DNA from: Thecamonas trahens ATCC 50062
Lineage: Eukaryota; Protista; Apusomonadida
Length of the DNA: 64,000 bases
Reading direction: 5' to 3'
Assembly (NCBI RefSeq): GCF_000142905.1
Contig: NW_013657665.1
Coordinates: 124,001-188,000 of the forward strand
A program made the translations under genes and the position numbers. A model generated the notes under the pieces. The model made no database searches. It saw only the letters and a program-made list of their open reading frames with translations, and was not told the origin of the DNA. This document shows, piece after piece, positions 55,521 through 64,000 of the stretch. The first letter of the stretch is position 1; each line of letters begins with the position of its first letter.

Positions 55521-57950
55521 ATGGCAACGAGAGGGGAGACGGAGATGGGAAAGCAAACGAGTCCGTCCCGGGCTTTGGCCTTTGCTCTTGCTACCCTCAC
55601 AGAGACCGAGACGCCTCAGGCCCTGGCCTCGGCCTCGTCCCGCACACGGACGCTGCCGTACATGACCACCACGTCGGCGGTCCCGCACCCGCATGCTTCG
55701 GGCTCGCACTCGGCACCGGTCTCACCGTGTGCAACTGTAGCTTCCGCATCGTCTGTGCGCGAGTCAAACGCGGTTCCGTTTGCCACTTCGTCGGTGCCGT
55801 CCGCTGGTGTCGTGCTGTCGTTCAGCCACGGACCTCCGCCGGCGGCAGAGGCGGAGGCCGAAGCCAGCGTAGTCGCTCCGGAGCGCTGTCTTGCGGCGGG
55901 CGAGAGCGCGCTGGAAGTCGAAGTTGATGTCAGGCCTGATGGGCAGAGCGTGAGCGTAGGCGCAGGCATGTCGTCGACATCTTCGGTGTACGGGTCGGGG
56001 CGGGAGGCGCTGCGATCGTACGTCTCGTCGCTCGCGCTTCTGCTCTCGCTCTTTCGGGCGCTCGTTCCCGTCTCGTCGCGAAAGTATCGTCTGCGAACGT
56101 ACCACGGGGTGTTTGTGGCGTCCGAAGCGCTGGATGCGTTGGTACGCTCGGGTGCACTCCCGTCAAGGCCGGCGGCGCTCCGGCTCGCGGAGCGACTCTT
56201 TGATGCCGGAGCTTTCTATCACGTCACCCGCGAGCACATGTTCAAGGACAAGCGCCTGTTTTTCCGCTACCGTGACGATGCTGGCGAGTACGGCGACGAG
56301 GTTCCCGAGTACGAGGCGGGGTACGATGCGCAGGTGGCGGCGCGCGAGCGTGCGGTGCTGATCACCGAGGCTCAGGTGGCGTCGTCGCCGGGCACGGGCG
56401 CGCTTGGCTCTCCACTGCCATCGGAGATGCCATGCACGCGGCCGTTTCTCGCGCTTCCGCTGACCCTCTCGACCGAGCTCGAGACCCATTTGCACTTGTT
56501 TGAGAGCGCCATCTATGTGTCGCAGCGCAAGGTGCCTGGACAGGGCATGCTCTCGCACGTCTTTGTGGCCGGCGAGGCCGTGACGGCGCTTGTGGCACGC
56601 GGAGTGGTCAACACTCGATTGCAGGGCGTCGCCATCGGACAGCGGCTGCTGGAAGCCGGCGTCATCCACCACGTCTCGTTTAAGCACGAGTTTACCGACT
56701 CGCTCGAGTTCTATCGCTCGACCCTGCTGGCCCTCACACCGCTTCTAGACGGGTGGGACGAGCGAGTGGCACACTACCGAGCGAGTGCTTCACCGCGGCA
56801 GCCGGAAGCGCAGCTGGAGGAGCGCCACGGTGCCGACAGCCCATGCGCTGACATCGCGTCGGTGTGGACCATGCCGCTCGACGGCGATCTGGTCGCCGCA
56901 GGTCGGGTCGAGGACATTCTCGACGGCTCGGTCCAGTCTCTAGTCGAGATGGACTTGGACCTCAAGCTGCTGGAGAAGCAGTTTCGCGCCGGGGTCAAGG
57001 TCTACAAGCGCAAGCGGTACCTGCTGCGGGCTTACAACGACGTGTTTGTCGGATCAGAGGCTGCCGAGTGGCTGTACGCTTGGCTCCTCAAGCAGGGCTT
57101 TTACCCCACACTCGAGGCTGCCGTCTTGCTTGGCAACGAGCTCTTCCACCGGCGAGTCTTCCGGCACGTTGTTGACGACCACCCGTTTCGGGCGGACGAG
57201 CTCTTCTACACGTTTCTTTCGCCATCGGCGTCTGCGGAGCAGGCCAAGATCATTGCGGCGCGCAAGCCGTCTGTGTACATTGGGCCTGCAGCCGGCGGCG
57301 GCGACTCGTTCTCACGGGCCGGTCCGCCGGTCCAGAGCCCATCACCGATGGGCACTGCACCAATGCAGGAGGCGCCGTTCCCGCCGAGGGTTGCCAGCCT
57401 CTACGCCTCTGTCCGCGACAACTCGGGCGAGGGCGTCAAGTTTATCTGTCCGCGGTTGGTGTGTGGCGGATTTGCCGTCTCGTCACTCCGCCGCCTTGCA
57501 GCGCACATGCAGGCCATGCACATTTTGCCGCCAGGCAACGAGCCGCGAGTTGACTTTGTAGCCATCCACGCCGCCGACGGCAGCCCGTTTCCGCGCTCGG
57601 GAGCGCATTCGGCGCTGGTCTTTGTCGTCGCCGACGTGCCGGGCATCGTCCATTGTGCTGCCTCGCTTGATGGCTCATGGTCGCCGCAGCATCTCGAGGT
57701 TGCGGCTTATCAGCCGGCGCATGTCGTCTTTACCTCGTCGTCCTCTTTTTCCAAGGGCGATCTCGTCTCCTCGCTCCTCCTCTCGCTCGACTGCGGTGCG
57801 GCGCCGTCGGCCTCGATCTCGGCTAGCATTGCTATCCCCAGCTCGCCACACTCTAGCCCAGACGCTGATGCCAGCTCTGGCATCTCGGGCTCGGCCGTCG
57901 TCACCGACATCGGCTCGTTCCGTCTCACCGCTCATCAGCCGTTTTCGTAG
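55521..57950 (+). CDS. Protein with three tandem DEP domains and a degenerate C2H2-like motif; start uncertain
   Basis: Three F(V)xxEA...A..L...L...HV...H.F.D...FY/FF repeats at ~56060..56275, ~56500..56720 and ~56990..57220; CPRLVC-x13-HMQAMH. Confidence 0.82.
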   Translation: MATRGETEMGKQTSPSRALAFALATLTETETPQALASASSRTRTLPYMTTTSAVPHPHASGSHSAPVSPCATVASASSVRESNAVPFATSSVPSAGVVLSFSHGPPPAAEAEAEASVVAPERCLAAGESALEVEVDVRPDGQSVSVGAGMSSTSSVYGSGREALRSYVSSLALLLSLFRALVPVSSRKYRLRTYHGVFVASEALDALVRSGALPSRPAALRLAERLFDAGAFYHVTREHMFKDKRLFFRYRDDAGEYGDEVPEYEAGYDAQVAARERAVLITEAQVASSPGTGALGSPLPSEMPCTRPFLALPLTLSTELETHLHLFESAIYVSQRKVPGQGMLSHVFVAGEAVTALVARGVVNTRLQGVAIGQRLLEAGVIHHVSFKHEFTDSLEFYRSTLLALTPLLDGWDERVAHYRASASPRQPEAQLEERHGADSPCADIASVWTMPLDGDLVAAGRVEDILDGSVQSLVEMDLDLKLLEKQFRAGVKVYKRKRYLLRAYNDVFVGSEAAEWLYAWLLKQGFYPTLEAAVLLGNELFHRRVFRHVVDDHPFRADELFYTFLSPSASAEQAKIIAARKPSVYIGPAAGGGDSFSRAGPPVQSPSPMGTAPMQEAPFPPRVASLYASVRDNSGEGVKFICPRLVCGGFAVSSLRRLAAHMQAMHILPPGNEPRVDFVAIHAADGSPFPRSGAHSALVFVVADVPGIVHCAASLDGSWSPQHLEVAAYQPAHVVFTSSSSFSKGDLVSSLLLSLDCGAAPSASISASIAIPSSPHSSPDADASSGISGSAVVTDIGSFRLTAHQPFS

Positions 57951-58077
57951 CCATGGCCGTATTTGAATTGAAGCAAGACCAAACCCGGCGTGGGCCGCCG
58001 AGCCTCCGGCCGCTGCTCGCTCACCGCACCCGCACCCCAAGCGTCACTACGCCAAACACAGCTCTCACACGCACACT

Positions 58078-61000
58078 ATGTTGCTCCGAGAGCTGCTCGA
58101 GTCCGACGAAGGGGTAGCTCAAATCCCTCTGCTGCATGTACGTGCGGTGTCAATGCCAAATTGAGCCTTGCCTGTGCCTGTGGGATGGCGGGTGGAGGTG
58201 GGGTGGCGTTTTGGCGCCAAATGGTGCCGATGGAAGGCCAAGCGGGGAGTGGTGACAGGGCGAGAGACGGGCGGCGGCAGGGCGCGGAAGAGAACATACA
58301 CGACACGGGTGCGGACTCACGGGTCAGGAGGAGTAATGGTTGTGAGAGTAGAAGAGCGGCGAGCTCGATGTGGATGCCGAGCTGGAGGTGGCAGACTACA
58401 AGTTCCTCCGGCACATGTGGCACGTCCTCCGGACGACGGCCGAGGACATTGTCTCGTCGGGTGCCCACGTGAACTCAGGTGACGATGGCGAGCCGCTACG
58501 GGTGCTGAGTGGCGTCGCCTTTGTGATGCAGCGGGTGTTGGCAGACGAGGCGCGGAAGGCATCCAAGTCGATGTTTGCCGTCGCGTCGCTCCTCCACGAC
58601 ATCATCCTTGTTCTGCCTAACACGCTGGACGGCGACGCGCTCAAGAACGAGATTGCACTGTTCTGCGAGACCTGGTGGACGCATGCCAAGCCGGGGCGCG
58701 AGGCGCTGGTCCCGCAGACACTGTGCTACCTGCTTGTGCGGGGCCTGTCCCCGGGCGGGACGCCGGGCGATGTCAAGCGGGTGGCGGCGATGCGGACGGC
58801 GTTTGAGCTCCTCGACTTTGAGCACGAGTCGACCGAGTCGATCAAGGACCTCATTTTGCGGACGCTCTTCTCACCGCTGTTCCTGGGCGCGGCGGCTGGC
58901 ATCAAGTTCCTGGCGCACATGTTCAACCTCTCGGGCCCGTTTGCCAGCGAGATGCACGTGACCATGAAGGGCCAGATGCCGATGGCCAAGCTCAAGATGC
59001 TCAACTCGTACGGCGAGGTGTACTTTAAGGCATGGAAGACGGCGGGCGCGGCGTCGCGTGACGCGATCGAGTACAACTTTGTGCAGGAGCTGATGAGCGC
59101 GGGCGTGCACGCGTCGTCCAAGGGCCTCGCTGCGGCACTGCGGGCGGTGCTTGGAGCGTTCCACGAGCGCAAGCGATATCCGGGTGTCGACGACCTGCTG
59201 CTTCGGCTGTACGAGCCGATTCTGTGGCGGGCGCTCAAAGCTGCGTCGCCCGAGGTGCGGTGCAACGCGGCGGCGCTGTTTGTGGAGGCCTTTCCGCTGC
59301 AGTCGCCTGCGGCGAGCCAGGTGGAGACCGAGGCTAACATGGCGCGGCAGTTTGAGGCGCTCGGGTGCCTGCTGGACGACGAGGCTGTTGGCGTGCGGGT
59401 GGTGGGCATCCACGGTGTGTCGCGGGTGCTCTCGCTGTTCTGGGACTTGCTTCCGCGGATTCAGATCCAGGCGTTCCTCAAGAAGCTGGTGGGCGAGCTC
59501 GCGTTTGATGCGAGCTCGCCGGCGGTGCGGGTGGCCGTTTGCGAGGGCCTGAGCTTTGTCCTCGACAATCACCTCTCGCATCCGATGCTCAAGGCAGTGC
59601 TGTCGCGGCTGTCACCGCTGCTTGACGACGTGTCGGACAAGGTCCGCGGTGCGTTTGCAGACCTGCTGCTGAGCGTCAAGACGCTGCGGTCAATCAAGTT
59701 CTGGGAGGTGGTGCCGGTCGAGTCGCTGCTCGCACGGCTGGCGGTCGACAGCGACAAGATGTGCCGCAAGCTGGTGCGGCTGCTGGCAGCGACATACTTT
59801 CCGACGGCGAACACGAGTGCGAGCGCAGCAACGCATGTGGTCCAGCGTGTCATTGTCTTTGTCCGCCAGAACCCAGTTGCAGCGCTCAACTTTTACCGCC
59901 ACGCCCACAAGGCCGGCCCGATTTCGGTCTCGGACGTGGCGTGTCTCATTGAGGATCTCGGCGCGCTTGTGGACAAGGCGGTGGCAGCCGCGCGGGTGTG
60001 TGCCCCGCATCCGGCCACCATTTCGACCCGTGCGTCGGGCGGACACGCCGACATCTTTGCGTCGTCAGTGGAGGGCGTGGAGCTCGAGCTGAGCGATGAT
60101 GGCGACGAGGCTGCACGGTCGATCAAGCGGCGGAAGTTGCTCGAGGCCGAGAAGAGCGGCGAGGGCGTGGCGCGCGCGATCGAGCTGCTCTCGACCGACG
60201 AGACGGCGGTGATTGGCGGGCTGATTGTGGTTCTCGGCGCGCTGCGGTCGTCGATCAGCAAGTCGCTGGCCAAGCCCGTGTTTGCGCCGCTTGTGATACG
60301 GCTCAACAGTCTGCTTCCGCCGGCGACGGTGGTCAGCATCATGGAGTGGGCCCGCCAAGTGTCGAGTGGCGCAGTTGGCGCGGTGCTGGCGCTGGCGTCA
60401 TCGCTGCCAGACTCGCAGCTGGCGGATTTGGCCAAGTACTGCCTCGGTGCGCTTACGGGCGGTATTGCTGGGCAGTCATCGTCCGAGTGGGCGCCGCATC
60501 TGCTCTGCCTCGTCGAGTGGGGAAAGCTTGACCTTGTCGTCGATGGCCTCGCGTCGGCGCTTGTGCGCGGCCGGACGAGCTCTAGCCGGGCCGGTGCGCG
60601 CAAAAAAGCACGGACGTTGGGCGGCGAGGGCCCGTCGAGCTCTGGCAAGACGGGGGAGATGAGCGCTGGGTTTGCGCTCGACGTTGTCGAGTTTATGTTC
60701 AAGGACGCACACCTCCGGTCTGTGCTTGCTCAGCCGGAGCACTTGGGGCATGTGATGCGGCTGACGGGCGCGACCGCGGCGTACGGCGAGGGCCTGGAGG
60801 CGCGGCTTGTGCACGCACTCACGCTCGAGGCTGCGGCACCGGGTGCATCTGCGGCAGCTGCGGCGCTCAACACGGTATTTGCGGACGAAGAGGGTGCGGC
60901 GGACGAAGATCCCGGCTCGGACGCGTTCTGCGTCCGAGCTGCACTTACTGGTCTCCGGCTTGCGCTGCACAAGCAGGCGTACCGTGGGGCAAGCCGGGCA

Positions 61001-61954
61001 CCACCGGGCGAGGTTGTCGACGCGGTGACTGCGGTGCAGACTGAGATTGGCCCTGCGCTGGCGTCGCTGGCGTCTGCGGAGCGCGAGCGAGCATCGGGTG
61101 GGCGCAAGCGGCCGAGCGGAAAGGCCGGCTCGGGCATCGACATTGCGCTCCAGTACGTGAACGGCGTGCTGAGCATTGCGGCCGACGCGCTGGCGATCGG
61201 GATGCGAACCGGCGGGTTTGCGACGAGCTTGAGCGGAGCGCTGGTGGTGGTGATGCAGTCTGCGCCACCTAAGCTTGCGCGACGGGCAACCAAGGCAGCG
61301 GGGCGGGTGTTGTTCCAGGAGTTTGAGGCATGCGCCGACGTCGACGCAGCGCTGCGGCTGACGGGCGAGCTGGTGGCAGCGGCACCGAGCAAGTACGTGG
61401 GCATTCTGGCGGCGCCGCTCAAGTCTGTGCTGGCACTGTACGAGAAGCATCGGCAGCTGCAGGTTGTGGTGCCGCTGCTCGCGCGGCACGCGCTGGCGGT
61501 GAGCGCCAAGACCACGGCGAGCGGCGGGTCTGTGCTCGACGAGCTTCCGCTGAGCGGAGGCGACGAGAACTCGGGGACGGCGGTGGCGCTGGCGCTCAAA
61601 GCTGCGCACTTTGAGGAGCTTGCCGGGCTCCGGCTAGGCAAGAGCGACGAGGCCGAGATCGACGGTGTGGTAGGCATGGTTGTCGATGTGTGCACCTCTA
61701 GCGCACCCCGTGCGGCTGCGTTTGTGGCGGCGCTCAAGACCATGATCAAGCGCGCGCACTCGGCGCGGGTCCTTGTGGCGGCGTCTAACCTCATTGCCGA
61801 GGCCGTGGCCAAAATTGGCGACCGGAAGGGCGCAGCAAGCGTGGCGAGCTCGGCGGCCAAGGCGGTGCAGGCTGCGGGTGCACGGCTGCCGAGCGAGGCC
61901 ATGGTTCTCCGCAAGGAGCATGAACGGCTGGCCGGCGTATGGATGGCGGCGTAG
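58078..61954 (+). CDS. NCAPG2: Condensin II subunit CAP-G2; exons 58078..58137 + 58352..61954
   Basis: YGEVYFKAW, GVDDLLLRLYEPILWRALKAASPEVRCNAAALFVEAFP, LAFDASSPAVR, HEAT repeats; phase-0 GTACGT...TAG intron. Confidence 0.92.
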
Positions 61955-62006
61955 CAGATAACTGCTGTGCGGCGCCTACGGGATAAATGACATGTACTCT
62001 TTCTCG

Positions 62007-63266
62007 CTACTCGGGACAGCCCGCAGCAGCGAGGAGGTGGACGATGTGGAGGTGACCTGCGCGGCGGGCGGTAGTGAGCGGGCCTGGATCGAGCGACGGA
62101 TCGACGCGTGGGTGTGCCAGCATGGTTGTGACAACGTCGACATGGCCGTGGTAGCTAGCCCAAAAGAGGGCGGCGTTGTGGCCCGCGTCTGGGTCGACGC
62201 GGGCGTCATCGAGAAGGAGGACGACGGCGGCGACCGAGCCGGACTGCGCCGCCATGTACAGCGCCGACGAGTTTCGGATCGACGGGTTGGCATCGGTGTG
62301 GGTGAGGAGGTAGGCGAGGACGTCGGCGTGGCCAAACTCGGAAGCGGCAAGGAGGGCGGCGGAGGCTGCGGCGGTTGTGTCGACATCCGGATGGGCGAGC
62401 AAGAGCTTGACAATGTCGAGGTGGTTGCTCTCCGCGGCGGCCTTGACGGCGTGGACAGGATGGGCGGCCGCGAGGTCGACCCGGGAATCGCCCAGCAGGC
62501 TTTGAATGATGGCAAGGTAGCCAAACTCGGCAGCCATGTGTAGGGCGTAGTTGCCGCCGGCGGTGGGATCTGCCTCGGGCGACGCCAGCAAGTACTCAAA
62601 GGTGCGGACGGCGCCAAAACGGGCGGCGATGCGGAGGGCGGTGTCGCCGAGCGCGCACAGGTCAAAGTCGCCACGGACGATGAGGAGTTTTAGGACCTCG
62701 AGTTGATCTTTGAGGGCAGCAACAAGGCCAGCCTGCCTGGCAGCACCGGGAGAGAGGCTCTTGTGGGCGGTAATGAGCTCAAGGGCGAGGTCAGGCAGAT
62801 CGCGGCCGCAGGACCAGGCAAGGACGCCGACCGAGCGATCAACCTGCATGGCGACGTAGGTGTCGGTCCGGCGCGAGCCGAAACGTAGCGGGCGTGTTGT
62901 GGCGTTGACGTCAAGAAGCGCGGCGACGAGCTTGCGCCACCCACGACAAAGCGGGTCAGCGGCATCAAAGATGGCAGCGAGGCCGCCGGTGCGGGCCAGA
63001 GGATCCGACTCGGAGCGGTGTGGGTCAACAGCAGGAGCAGGAGCAGCAACGATGCGGTGCGCGCCGTACCACAGCTTGCGTCTGATGCACACATCGATGC
63101 CCGCGAGAGCGTGAGCGCGAGCCGCCGAGAAGGGAGAGCCGAGCAGGGCTGCATGGAGCCGGGAGCATGTACAAGCAAGAGCCACAATGTCCGAGGCAGT
63201 CAGGACGGCAGCATCATATGCGATGGCATGGACGAGTTCTGGCGGGAGGACATGGAGCAGGGCCAT
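62007..63266 (-). CDS. F-box-like plus ankyrin-repeat protein
   Basis: N-terminal LLHVLPPELVHAIA...DIVALACTCSRLH; about 7 C-terminal ankyrin repeats (NYALHMAAEFGY, LLDDARVDP). Confidence 0.85.
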   Translation of the reverse strand: MALLHVLPPELVHAIAYDAAVLTASDIVALACTCSRLHAALLGSPFSAARAHALAGIDVCIRRKLWYGAHRIVAAPAPAVDPHRSESDPLARTGGLAAIFDAADPLCRGWRKLVAALLDVNATTRPLRFGSRRTDTYVAMQVDRSVGVLAWSCGRDLPDLALELITAHKSLSPGAARQAGLVAALKDQLEVLKLLIVRGDFDLCALGDTALRIAARFGAVRTFEYLLASPEADPTAGGNYALHMAAEFGYLAIIQSLLGDSRVDLAAAHPVHAVKAAAESNHLDIVKLLLAHPDVDTTAAASAALLAASEFGHADVLAYLLTHTDANPSIRNSSALYMAAQSGSVAAVVLLLDDARVDPDAGHNAALFWASYHGHVDVVTTMLAHPRVDPSLDPGPLTTARRAGHLHIVHLLAAAGCPE

Positions 63267-63667
63267 GTGTAGTCGGTCGAGGGGAGAGGGAGAGACTAAG
63301 ATCGTTGTTGACAGCGGGTTAGTCAGTTGGCTGTGGCTAGGCCCTGGCTTGGCCCTGGCTTGGCCTGTCGTGGTCTGCCTTGGCTTGGCATGTGCTGATC
63401 TGTGTGGCTGTTGGTGAACATTGGCGCATTGGCATTGGCATTGGCATTGACCGACTCTGATGTCTTCCATGTTCCATGGCACGGTGAGCCTGTCTCTTCG
63501 AGGAGAGCACGAATGTCATCGTAGTCTAGACCTGGCTACAGCCACAGTTACACACGCACATACGTACTTACGCCAGACCACTTGACGTCACAAACGGTGT
63601 AGGGAGTCTCATTCTACCTTGTCTGCCTGAAAGCCAAAGCCGAAGCCTTTCCAACCTGTTTGCTCTC

Positions 63668-64000
63668 ATGTCGGCCGCCTCGCAAACGCTGCAATGCGCC
63701 GAGTGCAAGACGATCTTGGCCGCTGGCTCCGAGGCCAAGATCGTTGCCTGTCCCTCGTGCGGTATCCATCTGACCAATCCGCATTACGCTGCTGAGCGCC
63801 GCCACCATACTCGGCCACTGCTGCTCCACCTGCTGTGGTTGCTTGCCCATCTTGCGCCACCCATCTGTCTGTTCCGCAGGGCGCGGCGCAGATGCAGTGC
63901 TCGGTCTGCGCGACTGTCATGGCGGTTCCAGGCACAAGCTCTCCGGCGCCGCAGGCTCCTACAGGCCCGATGTACGAGTGCCGCAAGTGTGGGAACAGAA
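63668..64000 (+). CDS. 5' part of an LSD1-type (CxxC...CxxC) zinc-finger protein, frame break at ~63796; runs off the window
   Basis: CAECKTILAAGSEAKIVACPSC, then in the shifted frame CPSCATHLSVPQGAAQMQCSVC and the start of a third finger CRKC. Not in the ORF track. Confidence 0.72.
   Translation, partial: MSAASQTLQCAECKTILAAGSEAKIVACPSCGIHLTNPHYAAERRHHTRPLLLHLLWLLAHLAPPICLFRRARRRCSARSARLSWRFQAQALRRRRLLQARCTSAASVGTE

Overview
Compact, GC-rich, intron-poor eukaryotic nuclear DNA with about 30 tightly packed protein genes on both strands. The style resembles a free-living heterotrophic protist such as an apusomonad; this is an inference and the taxon cannot be fixed from the window. Metabolic genes: bacterial-type 3-hydroxybutyrate dehydrogenase, dimethylglycine/sarcosine dehydrogenase, FOXRED1, PYCR, carotenoid oxygenase, alpha-carbonic anhydrase, M20 peptidase and IAH1. 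Chromatin/cytoskeleton genes: KDM5, NCAPG2, SFI1, HMMR-like and ZC2HC1. Also present: UBA5, TOM7, an endosomal syntaxin, a Dispatched-like transporter, leishmanolysin and an Mx-like dynamin. Most notable observations: (1) an ~800-bp non-coding element in two copies 31 kb apart, one with canonical Helitron termini; (2) a single-pass membrane protein joining an extracellular Myxococcus-type Cys-rich repeat to a cytoplasmic CAP-Gly domain; (3) four clear and up to four further reading-frame breaks, all repaired by adding one base (assembly error most likely, insertional editing or frameshifting not excluded); (4) a lone ~85% AT island; (5) introns confined to gene 5' ends with GTAYG donors, one apparently splitting the start codon. 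No rRNA, tRNA or CRISPR array was seen.
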